Position numbers and translations under genes: made by a program
The notes under the pieces: generated by a model
Seen by the model: the letters and a program-made list of their open reading frames with translations, nothing else
What the model was told of the DNA's origin: nothing
The model's database searches: none
NCBI GenBank assembly: GCA_973851085.1
Contig: OZ316776.1
Location: forward strand, 14,818,001-14,882,000
Origin: Ptychomitrium polyphyllum
Lineage: Eukaryota
DNA: 64,000 nucleotides
Direction of reading: 5' to 3'
In this document: piece by piece, positions 10,924-24,336 of the stretch
Layout: the number at the start of each line of letters is the position of its first letter
How positions within the stretch are numbered: position 1 is the stretch's first letter

Positions 10924-13900
10924 CTCCAAACTCCCAGACTAGCAAACGGCAGCTCAATGTCCTATCGCATCTCACAACCACGCCTCCAATCCACTGAAAC
11001 CAACACCCACGAAATGCCACTCAGAAACTCAACCCACAGCCATTCTCTTCTGCTACTTCACGCCAAACTTGCACAGATTACGCAAAACAGCACATCAAAA
11101 GCACCTACACACCAGCGTACACTCACAGAGGAGCTTTCGGCACAATCCCACATGAGAATGAAAGAAGGCTACATCAAAAACCCAAATGACTGTCTGCAAG
11201 AGCCGCATAATGTGATCTTCTTCTTCCCATGTCGAATTTTCCCAAAGCACCTTCTTTCCCCATGTGGGATGGGGCCAAATGAGCTCCCTATGAACCAGCT
11301 TAACCATCGCCGTTATAGAAAGAAACCATCCCCTGCACGTTCAACCTAAATTGCCCACCATGACCGAACCTAAAACCCCGACAGTCGCAATCCTAACCTC
11401 AAGGTAAAAAACCAAAGCTGACAGATTCAAGACGCAAAGACAATCCATCGCAGTACCGAGCACAGGTCAATTATCTTCAGCAGTCCGGCTCCCAAAGCTT
11501 GACCGAGAATGAGAAGAGCCCCCTCCACGATGCGGCAATCAGTACCAAGAGTGCTGTGAATTCCTCCAACAAGGCAATCTCTAAGTCGTATGCGACGTAG
11601 TTGTGGTGATGGTTTGACCGCCGGCTGCTAATAAGCCAGAGTGGAAACAGTGGTGACAAAGATAGAAGGAACCTACACCCTGGGAGATGCTCGATACTGA
11701 AAGTGGACACAGCGCCTGGCAACAGCTTCGCCAGACTTCGGCATGCAGGCTTCGTAGGCGACGACTTCCGGAGTTCATGCTGCTGTGACTGCTGTGACTC
11801 TCTGAGCGAGGAACTGGTGACTGGACGATGCTGACCGGGCTGCAGTGGTTCCCGTTGGTACAGCTGGACCTCCATGTAGGAGGGCATTAGCGAATCTTCA
11901 ATGGGGAGGAGTGGGCGCATGCTCCCTAGGGCAAATCCAGCAGTTTCCCATTAGGGTCTCCTTCAGGATAAGGGAAGTTTTTTGAAATCCTTGATGAGGC
12001 ATAGCCAATCAGTTGTCCATCAATCATTCAATATGTGTTATTTATTTTAAGTAGGGTTCTTTTTGAGTTTTGTCTTGGTTAGCTTTTCTAGAGTTTTTAA
12101 TTTGATTTGAAAATTCATAATTTGATTCTGTTAGCATATAAATGAATTGCCAATTCTAATTGTTCATTAGTCTCTTTCTCCAACTAGTCATTAGTATCTA
12201 TTTTTCCATTTGTAGGATAACTACACTAGCTCAATTTTGAAGTACTTATTTTTGGATTACAATCTTATAAGGAATCAACACTTGTAATTAGTTTATTTTT
12301 GAATAAATTGTTTGGGAGCTTTTTGAATTGGGAAATAAAAGAAAATTGAACAAATGTTTTTCATTAAGAAAAGATATTATGACATCATCCTAAACAACTT
12401 CTTTTCTTCTTTGAATGATTGGCATTCTATTTTCCCTAACCCATGTTGTCATTCACATAATTTAAAATGGACCTAAAATTATTGATATAGTAAAAATTAA
12501 TATAGCATACATCCTATTTTACAATGTATATATAATACATAGATAATGTAGGTAATATGGATTTTAATAAATTTGAAACTTTTTATGGCATTTAGGCTAC
12601 CAAATTAATGAAAAGATGCCTTTTTTCTTATAAGGTGATGCTTCAAATTTTTGCAATCACAAATGTTTGATTGATAATAGTGATGCCTAAAATTTAAAGC
12701 CAAAATTCCAATTGAAAGAAGGTATTTGAATTTGATAATCCAAAAAAATTATGGAAAAAGAAGATTTTATCAAAAAATATGTTATGATTTTAACCATAAT
12801 AATAAATTATTCCAATACATAGATTAGTCATCATTTATAAGGTTTATAAAATTTTAATAATAAAATATATGCTAAAAATAGATAAGTTGTATATGAATGT
12901 ATTAATATTTTTGAGTATATGTTCTCATTTATATGTAACTTATATGTTTTTATATTTTGAACCAAAATAATTCTTGTTTATTTATCTTCCATATATTATA
13001 TGGCCTTTATTATTAAAAGAAAGGACTAATTTTATTGTTGATAAAAATTCTTTATATACAACAATTCTATATATTCTTTTTTTTTTTGGTCATAATAAAA
13101 TGAATCTTAGAAAAATACATTTAAACAAATGAAGACGCATCCTTAGCCTTTTTAATACCATGCAATGTGACATTGGAGACTAATTCACATTATAAAAAAG
13201 CAATGAAGTTTAGCTTAGGGAATTTTTCGTTCATTTATTGTAAACCCCATATTAATTGGTTTTTAGTGCCATTTAGGATATAGAGGTGGTATTCTATAGA
13301 GAAGTTCTTTTGGCATTTGTTGACAAGTTTTATAAATATGGTTTGTGTGAGACATCTTGTCAAGGTTTAAGTTTCTTCATACACTTGCACTTATTGGATT
13401 TTCTTTTTGTAGCGTGAAGGATAGCATGGCTTATATCACAAACATAGATCATGCAACATAATCTTTAGAATCTTCTATAACTTTTTGGTACATTGTAGTA
13501 GCTTCTTAACATACTTTCAATGCTTCCATAGTCGTTTCAATCCTTAGGAAACTTCTTAGGAAGGTTCCATAGACTTTAGAACATAAGAAGCTTCCTTATC
13601 CTAAGAAATACATGCATCATAGTATTAATAGGAGGCAAGATAAGGTATACCTTAATCTTGCCAAAACAAGTTGTGGATTATATTATATGGTGCCCTTGTT
13701 TTAGTCTTTGTATCAATTCTTGTTGATTATTAGCTCTTTGGAAGTTAATTCTTAGAAACCGCTTTTAATCTGCTTTTTATTTCTTGTGTTCCTAATAACT
13801 TATACATTATGATTTCTTCTTTATTTATATTAGATCAATTATTGATGTTTTTTTTTAGTTTAGTTATATTTATATTGCAAATTTGATAATGGTTATGGTA

Positions 13901-14354
13901 CCCAATCTATTGTGTATAATAGTCTTTATCTACACAACATCAAAACTATAACCAACTTTTAAATTTATTGAATTCAAAGAGTTGGAACGTTTCAACTTTG
14001 AAACAAAATACAATTCTACAACTTTTATCAATAACTCCTCTAAACATCCTTTCACAAAAAAAAATTCATTGTTCAAAAGTGCAAGCCCATCATCAAAACC
14101 TTGTGCAACTGAAAATTTAATTTAGGGGCATTCTGCACTAAGTCCCCAAACTACACCCATTGCCCTTATGAATTCACTAGCACTTGCCTTCACTGTGGAC
14201 AATGTCACCAAACCACGGAGATGACCGCGTTACTTGTGAAGCTAGCTATCCGCAAGTCCTGGTTCACTCACCCTGACCCAAGCACGGAAGAAACCAGGCG
14301 AAGATCTTTCGCCGTTAGATGTACTCCATCGGACGGCGTCCAGAAACAGCCAGT

Positions 14355-14363
14355 TTAGGGTTT
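14355..14363. promoter_or_regulatory. Telo-box (AAACCCTAA, reverse complement) upstream of RPS14
   Basis: TTAGGGTTT lies ~125 nt upstream of the RPS14 ATG. Telo-boxes are typical of plant ribosomal-protein promoters. Confidence 0.55.
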
Positions 14364-14486
14364 GAGGCTCGGATTACAACAATCAACCTTGCACTAAAGT
14401 GTGCTCTCTTTTCAGCGTCTGTGTGTTGCTGCTCTCGCGCTTGCCTCTCCGCCCGTCTCCGCGGATCTCCAACCCCATCGTCCATC

Positions 14487-15856
<1,370 letters not shown>

Positions 15857-18341
15857 ATGCCATGTTGCTCTACTCACATGAGATATGTTGAACAATTTAT
15901 GTTCTTGATCTTCCTTTGGAATTGAACTAAGCAAGATCAGAATTTCTGCTTTGATCCAATTTTGATGTGTTCATATGCAGTGCAATCAATAGCAAGAATT
16001 TCAGGACAGGAATCCGGATTTGATTAGATGTCTTATTTTCACCTTGTTCTGCATATGATGACTATGATGCTGCGCTCTCCTGCTTTCGATTTTTAGTATT
16101 TGTAGACTTCATTGCTTACCGAAGAGCGAGCCAGTAAGTTTGTCAATTGTTGTTTTACAAGCCCTGGTTTTGTCGCTTACGCTGTAGTATTCACTAGAAT
16201 CATTTTTGTGTCCATTTATTCATCTTGATATGTATGCTTTGTACAATAAGGTCCAAATAGTTTAACTGGGATACATATATTTCTACGTCGCCCGTATTTT
16301 GAGCAATGTGACATACATTGGGGTCAAAGGAGTGTACGGTTTGGCCTGTTTGAACTGTAAGTTTTTGTACACCCATGCGATGGAGTACCATCCTACCATC
16401 CTGAACTTTTTCAAGATTTTAGGGAGTCTAAGGCAGCTTTCAAATAGGTTTGTGCACCAAACTGCCACAATGTTCTTGTGTTTGAAGTTGGCCGAAGTTT
16501 GAAGAGGCTTGGTATCCGCTTCCATCGCCAGATTCTGATACCTGTTTTTGCATTTCAAACACGGAATGGAAAATTACGTAGAGGGATATGTGTTTGTTGG
16601 ATTTGTGTAGGTAAAATGGGAGTTTAATCTTAGAATAGAAATAGGTGAAGATATTTTCTATATAATTAAAACTCACATGTATGTCCAGTGCCGAAATATG
16701 TTTATTTTGGTTGAATTTGGAGGTTTTAGAAGTTAACTGGAGGAAGGATTGTTGGAATGATTACCTGCACCAAGGCTATGAGTGTAGGAAGTCGTCCAGC
16801 ACACTGGCAACAATAATGGCAAATGTCCTCAGGACAATGGAAATGCTCTCAATTCCTCGGGAGGCCATTGAACATGAAGACTGTTCTCTCACTAGCATAT
16901 CACTGGTTACACAAGCTGAATATAAGTTGAAAACTTGGTGAAGAATTCAAACCCATTGTAGGGTGAAAGCAATATAAAATAAACAACTCATCTTGCACTT
17001 GGTCATCCTTAAGGTAACGAAAAGCGAACTGATTGTCCAGAGGGCTTTGTCAAATTTGGTCTCTTCAGCAAAGCCACCTTCTCCAAAGTCAGGATTCGGC
17101 GCAGTATGAAGTTGTTTGTGCTAGTAAAACTTGGAACCCAAAACCAAGCAGTGCATAGTCGACTAAATAATTTAGGTAGAGAACAGGTGTTGTGGTTGTT
17201 TGAAAGCTCTTGACATGTAAATATGCACAGTATATAACTAACTGATAGTACTATTATTCCGTTGATACACCTAGGGTACGAGAATTCTTTAATTCATGAA
17301 CTGCCATCATGCTATGCCAATTCAATAAGAACCTGGTGCAATGCTGATGGTAATCATTCTACTGAATGATGCACCCTAATATTGATGCACTTATAGATCT
17401 TGGTGTCCTGTGCTTTTTGCAGATCCAGATGGGATCTTCACAGAAATTCATATTGTCTACAGGGTTTCGATTTCCAGAGTTCGAGGTTCAGTTATCGAAA
17501 CTCTGCTTCAACATAGAACCATGGCAGCCATCTATTTTAGTTTGAAAGGATGACTCCAAACCGGTGTTGGGAGCAAACCTTTACTCCAAGAATCCTCATG
17601 CACTTCATCAACAGAAGTTTTGATGTTGAGCAGTAGAATACACCTGCAGTATTGATAGATTACTAATGTAATATTGAATGCAGTACTAATATTATCCCTA
17701 AAAGGAGTCATATATGCAATTTGGATTTCATTTTGCTTGCTCCCAACCTCGAATTTATATTGAGTCTGTATTATTATAAAAGTGATTAAAAACGTTTTGC
17801 GCTTATAAAGAACGCAGTAAATTGAAAGCTCACAGGTCAAGGTTAATGCATTTGCACTGCGTCCGTATCTATGCAGGTGCATATCACTTTCTTGACAAAC
17901 TGAAGTTACTGCGAAAAAAACATAACATGAAAACATAGCATGAAATGTATATTGTGAAGTCTAATACTAAACTGATAATACTGATAATACTGAACTGAAA
18001 AACTGATAATATAATTGCAACAAAAATCAAAACTAACTATCCTTCTGATTCTCTAATGGTTCTCAAGGGGTTACAATTCACTCTTACAATTCACCCCGCA
18101 CCTACGCTAAACCAACTCTTACTCTGCAGTTCAAATGGGCCCTTTATAAATAAACTTTTGGAAAATGTGGAGCGGTTGAGCACCTCCCACAAAAAACGGT
18201 AGCTACCACATCAGAAAACTCTGCACAGACGTATCGATCTGGCATAATAGTCCTGACAAAAAAGAATTCTAGCAATGAAAATTCTGATAAAGAAGTCGAT
18301 TCCTCAGGATTCAACTTAGATTCTAGAAAAAGCTGCAGAGT

Positions 18342-20494
18342 CTAGAAGAGTTTCTTCTTGACATGAAGGGTGACATACACAAGAGCCAGCAACGCCGGCA
18401 CTTCAATCAGAGGTCCAATGGTGGCAGCCAGCGCTTCCGCAGAGTTGATGCCAAAGCTGCCTACTGCTACAGCAATAGCAAGCTCGAAATTGTTGCTGGA
18501 GGCAGTGAAAGCCTGTGTCACCACCTCCTCGTACGGCATGTTAATCCCTCGGCAAATAAACAAAGTTGAAAAGAACACAATACCAAAGTACAGCACCAAT
18601 GGCACGGCAACCCGACACACATCGCCAATATTAGTCACGATAGAGTGCGCCTGGCTAGCAAACAGCACGAAAATCGTAAACAGCAACCCAATCAGCGCCA
18701 ACGGACTGATCACAGGGACAAACCGCTTCTCGAACCATGCCTTCCCCGCGATGGCAAACACGATGTAGCGCGTGATGAAACCTGCCACGAGAGGGACACC
18801 GAGAAACAATAACACGCTCTTGGCTACGTCCCAGATGCCAATATTGACGCTCCCGCCGCCCAGCACTTTGACGTAGAAAAGGGCGAGGGGGAGGTAGAGG
18901 ACGATTTGGAGGGTGGAGTTCACCGCTACGAGGACCGCACAAAGCTCGGCATCGCCGCGTGCAAGGTCGTTCCAGATAAGAACCATGGCGATGCAGCGAG
19001 CGATTCCCACCAGAATTACTCCGGTTCGATAATGCGTAAGGTCGGGAAGCGTGGCCCATGCGAGAGCAGTCATGAGAGCGGGGCCAAGGAGCCAGTTGAA
19101 GATGAGGCTGACAGTAAGTGTTCTCGTTAGCTGCCCTTTCCGGAGCATGCCGGGGAGAATCTCGTACTTGACTTTGCAGAGGACGGGGAACATCATGACC
19201 CAGAGGCCGATGGCGATGGGAAGAGAGACAGAGGCGATTTCGACGACTTGGAGGCGGTCCTTGACCTCAGACTTGTAGTAGCCCACTAGGAGAGCAATTC
19301 CCATGACGGCCAGAATCCAGATAAAGAGGTACCGGTCCACAAAGGAGAGTCTCTTGTACACACTCACCACTTCTGCACACACAAAATGGGACACAATTAA
19401 TCAATGGGACAATTACACGAAATTTGTCCTCAAAGGACTTGAAAGTTGGCGTCCTAAATCCGATTCAGGAGTTTGGAACACTACATTGACATTATCTAGC
19501 TACAAGAAAATCCTCGAAATTTCAACTGAAGTACACCTTTATCATGTATCCAGTAATGATCCAAAGTACCAAAATCTGACAGTGAAGTCCACGGAATTGA
19601 TCCTAAGTTACACAAAAGTTGACCTCCAGAGCTTTGAACACTGGTACCGCCGATTTACTTGAGGAGGGTATAGAACACTACGTAGCATTTCTTCGCTACA
19701 AGTGATTTCCTTGTGTGACATATCCTTCGTTCTAAATATAGGAATATTATAAAAGATTAGAGGGACCCTATAATGTCGATTTCAGGTTTCAGTACTCAAT
19801 GGTAAAGCATCACTTTATACATCCTACAATTGTTCAGTGAGCAGGTCCTTGCGATCCAACATACAGTTTTAGTCATTCACTTAGCTTAAGTGGTGCACAA
19901 AATGGTGCTCAGGAGAATCGGGTATCCTTTAGAAAACGAACATTAGGCTGTCTCACACAAATTATTTGTATTGATGTGAACATAGAGTTCAGCGACTTAC
20001 TTGGGTTGCCTTCTCCATTCTTCAGTAAGATAGGGTCACAGATGAGCTCCTCGCCCGTGGGTAGCACCACTGAGACTTTTGTTGCCGACTCCACAGCCTG
20101 CACATGTGAAACAGACATGAAAATCCTCGAAAGCTCTCAACTTAGTGGTTAGAGCTAATATTTGATGATTCATAAGAACCGGAATGGGGATCTAGGGGGA
20201 AGATTTGCGACGTGACTGAAGCAAAGAAAGAGAAACCATCCATACCTCTGAAGTGCAACTGCACTTGACGTCTTTGTTCTGCTCAGGTTGAGCCGGGAAA
20301 TCAGCCACGTTTGTGGTCCACGCAAACCGGCAACGAAGGCCCTCGCGCCCGCTCTCTAGCGTGATGTTTCCCAAATACTCCTCGTCTTTGACCTTGCAGG
20401 TGACTTCCACCTCCTCTGCCGGCCGCTTCATGTACCCCACCTCTGACCCCGCGTTCGCCACATGAGCGCCCATTATCTCGTTATGAGCTGCCAT
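18342..20494 (-). CDS. ACR3: ACR3-family arsenite/antimonite efflux antiporter with N-terminal extension (3 exons, 458 aa)
   Basis: Exons 20494-20246, 20097-20001 and 19372-18342 are phase-consistent and total 1377 nt. Core motifs are LSFVDRYL, GLWVMMFPVLCKV, NWLLGP.LM, GIARCIAMVLIWN, FTASSNNFELAIAVA and IGPLIEVP. Confidence 0.94.
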
Positions 20495-22744
20495 CCTTCC
20501 TCCTCTGCCTGGCAAATCAAAACCACACCAGAATACAATCACTAAACAAGCTCCCCTCAAATGCGGTGCATCACAAGACCAAACCAAAAGAAACCTTAAA
20601 CATGACCCTAAACCCTGGAAATCCCCGGAATCACAACTCAACTCACAATTTCATCTCCACCGACGCTCCCAAAACACCCACAGAATCCCACCACAACGCA
20701 CAACCTCCCACACTCTCAAACTGGGTAACCCAACCGCTCCAAAAGCACACCCCCAAAACACAAACCCAAACAGCAAACCTCGGTGTGCACAAAAGTGTGA
20801 TCATGCCCACGACTGACCCGACTCTCGACCCTCAAGTAACCGTCAAAGGTCGTTGTTTTGCGCACCTCAAAGCTCCCAGACAGTGGCCACCGATATGAGG
20901 AGAAGAGAGCTTCTAGTGGCAAAGCTCTCAGCTTTGTTCGCTTCTGACAAAGCTTGGCTGCATTCAGAAGGACTAGAGCGGATGCATCAGGTGGGGTTAA
21001 TGCTTCCAATCCAGGTCCCGTTCAGGTGCAGTTAAGTCGGTGCGGTGCATCAGGTGCGGTTCATCCGGTGCAGTTCATCCGGTGCAGTCGTCTCTTTAAG
21101 TCATGTTGCAGAGCCAGGTAATTGTACTCCAAGTCCATGTACATGAGGTATATCCTTCCCAGAATCCTCACACCGGTTCGACTATAGTTAGAGTCAATCC
21201 GCATTGAGTTGATAGGTTCAGCTTTGGTTGGGTTGAAAATTTCAGCCATCGTTTTCTGTATGTGGACAAATTATAATAGTTTCTCTTTAATGTGTTTTTT
21301 TAGATATTTTTATAGCTTTGTAGTTGTAAGTCATTTTATTGGAATTAGTTTATTAATAGAATTTTCACTCCAAAGTACTACCAATTATATTTTTGTATCA
21401 TTTTTTGAGTTGAAATTATCATAATATTCTAATTTGTAAAATTTCATAACTTCAAAATTAACCCACATTTACTACAACAAATCTTCTACAAATTTGTATG
21501 ATTGATATTGTCATGTCTCACTTCCAGTTAGACATATGATACTTCAAAAGCAACCATTGATTTTAGAAGTTTAGGTCCTTTAAGGGTTAACATGTTATGT
21601 TTACTATTTCCATATGGAATCCACATAATTTCCATGTCAGTAGAATACCTATTTTATAAGGAAAGTGTAAAGAATTTTGATAGAAATCTAATATTTGTTT
21701 CAGGCAGAAACCACAAAATTCTAATTTTCACAGTGTGTTTCATATGCCAAATCGTTTCTATATGATTTCCACATAAAATCAAGGAGAGCAGAATCCACAT
21801 TATTCCTGTGGTCATGAGGATTCCACATGGATTTCATGAATTAAAGCAATTCCACATGGCTTCCTATGAACTAGATTCCATATGAACTCTATGTAATATC
21901 CGTCTAATTTCCACGATCAGGATGTCATTTTATCTAAAACTGAAAATTGGAGTAGGTAAAACTACTCAAGGACCGCAATGTCAGTCTGACAATTCCTGAA
22001 GTACGTCATATAACGGCCTGCGCTTCTCCGTACCAAGTCAAGCACATTTGTAAGATACAGTATTAGCTTGCAATGTCGTACAACAAGACAAGAAACGTTC
22101 TTCGTCATGAAGAATCTGCCTCCAGATACAATGAAGAATACAAAGATCTTAGTGATAGGTTCAGATACAATTACAGTAATGATACGTTATGTTGCTAACA
22201 GTGAGAAGTCTATTGGGAACTTGGAATTGGAGCCTGTTGCAAGTTCAATACCTACCAGCTAGTGATTAGAATGCTTGCAAGAAGCAACAAAGTTTCAGGA
22301 ATCGCCACAAAGTTAAAGCTTGAAAATTGAGACTACAAATGAAGCCCATGACGCCACTCTAAGAACACGGTGGCTACCTAATTTCGCTTGTTACAGTAGT
22401 ATTTAGGAACTGTTACTCCGTCTTAAACCAAATAATGTATTTCACATCTATATTTACAGGCTGCAAACTCTACAAACGACGCTGCAGGGAGCGTTAGTCA
22501 ATGTCGATTTTCATATAATAGCACATTAGCTAACAGAGATCATGAGGAAGACGAAAGTCATTAACTGACAAACAAAGACTAATAAATTATACCTAGAATC
22601 TCAAACATGTTGACCATAACGTCACAAAATGTTGTAGTGCTATGATTGTTCAACTTCGTGTTGTACTACGCATAGCAAAAACCAAATAAGGCAACAAAGC
22701 ATGCGCTGTACCGAAGTCATAACACAAACACAAATGACAAGTCT

Positions 22745-24336
22745 TTAAACTGAAGCTAGATAAGGCCTAGAAGAATTAGGTAACATCGTAATTGAACGCT
22801 TCACATGTGAGCCAAAAAAATGGCTGCGTCTAAATTCCAGAGCACTGTTTATGGCTGCTGAATTAGGCTTCGCTTTCAGAGACACGATTTGAGTCCTGCA
22901 CCCACAACATCCACTTGAAAAATCAATAACTGTATCTGTGATTGAGCAATTTTGAATGTAACAGCACCAAAACTAAAACAGGTTGAGGTCTTTCCACGGC
23001 AAAATTACACAACAGAAACTTGAAAAACTAAGAAACATCTGTCACTATACTGATTCTGAATTCTTTTAACCAAGTTTTACATGATTACATCATATACCTG
23101 CTGTTTGTAGGAGCATCATAATCCGATTTTGAGGGTTTTTTAACTTTTGGCTCAAGTTCCGGATCCTCTTCAATATACTTATGTTTGGCTTCACCAACAA
23201 CCTTTATTTGTCTGTACGAGGGAAATCGAGCAATTAGTACTTTATTTCTATAGCCCAACGTATACAACCTAAAGATTCACTATAGACCTTGGAAAGTATC
23301 ATTGGCAATCTCATATCTGTTACCAAACTACTGTTTTCACAAATGCATGAAACCTCGTAACCTACACGCAGTATAAGAAAAACTTGCAAAAACGAGATCA
23401 CATGCATCAGGAAGGAGAAATTTTTGAATAGTCAATGTACAAGAGATGGATATTACATACTTTTCTCTAGCTCTAAGCAACTGCACAACACTCTCATCTA
23501 ACATGACCGGGCCGACGACTTTCCCCTCCAATTCTTCACCAGAATTCGACGCATCAGCTCGCCTGCCTTTCCTTTTCCGACTCCTTGACTTTTCTGGCAA
23601 AGCAGTCACCTCATTCTCATTCTCATTCGATCTCTGCTCACTGACCGCATTAGCGTCTGTAGCTCCCTCCTGGCGCTTTCTCTCTGACCGAGACTTGCGC
23701 TTTTCTTTCAGTTCTGCAGCTAACCTGGACACCGTTTCTTTCAATCAACCGTCCGACCGGCACAAGCTTCCACAGAACCACCACCAAAATCGAATTCAAA
23801 TCAAACTCCTCAGCAATTGAGCCAACCACGACAACTAAGAGAAAAAAATACCTCTTCGAATTTTCTTTCTCCTTCCTCAGAGACTGCTTTGCTTCCTCCC
23901 GACTCTAATCACCCAGTTCCAGATACAAGCAAAAATCAGACATCCTCCCACTCAAAAAAGCATCAGTAACTTTTTTAAATAAAAAACACCAAACCTCTTC
24001 CTAAAACTAGCCAACCTCAGTTCCCTCACTTCCAAGCTTGCACCCATGCGCACCAAGAGAGACAAATCCTAATCACCCAATTCCAAACTCACGCAAAACT
24101 CAGACTCCCTTGCACCCAAACGAAAACCGCCAATCATTGCGAAAAACACCAAACCTCATTCTTCAACCAAATCCAGCCAAACGAAACTCCTCCCTTCCAA
24201 GCTTGCAAGAAGAGGTCAGCTTGCACCGATGAGCACGAAAAGAGCGAAACCCTAATCCACTACAGCCGACTCGTTGTACCTGATTCAAAGAAACCTCCTC
24301 CGGTATGTCGTCATCGTCACTCTGAACGCCCGCCAT
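22745..24336 (-). CDS. Conserved small KE-rich protein (212 aa), possibly NOL7/Bud21-like U3 snoRNP-associated nucleolar protein
   Basis: Exons 24336-24280, 23904-23852, 23724-23461, 23211-23098 and 22895-22745 are phase-consistent GT-AG and total 639 nt. Segments include SDDDDIPEEVS, a charged helix, LDESVVQLLRAREKQ and C-terminal SALEFRRSHFFGSHVKRS. The function is inference. Confidence 0.75.

Noticed and set aside
10190..10997. Several overlapping ORFs on and opposite ALS3 (likewise over ACR3 and the phytol kinase)
   Set aside because: These are shadow ORFs of GC-rich coding sequence with no motifs.
17030..17125. Minus-strand FGEGGF peptide resembling a kinase Gly-loop
   Set aside because: No other kinase subdomains follow, so it is probably chance.
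18342..19394. ACR3 or ALS3 as bacterial contamination or recent horizontal transfer
   Set aside because: ACR3 has spliceosomal introns and a plant-type extension. Both families are known in non-flowering land plants and are embedded among eukaryotic genes.
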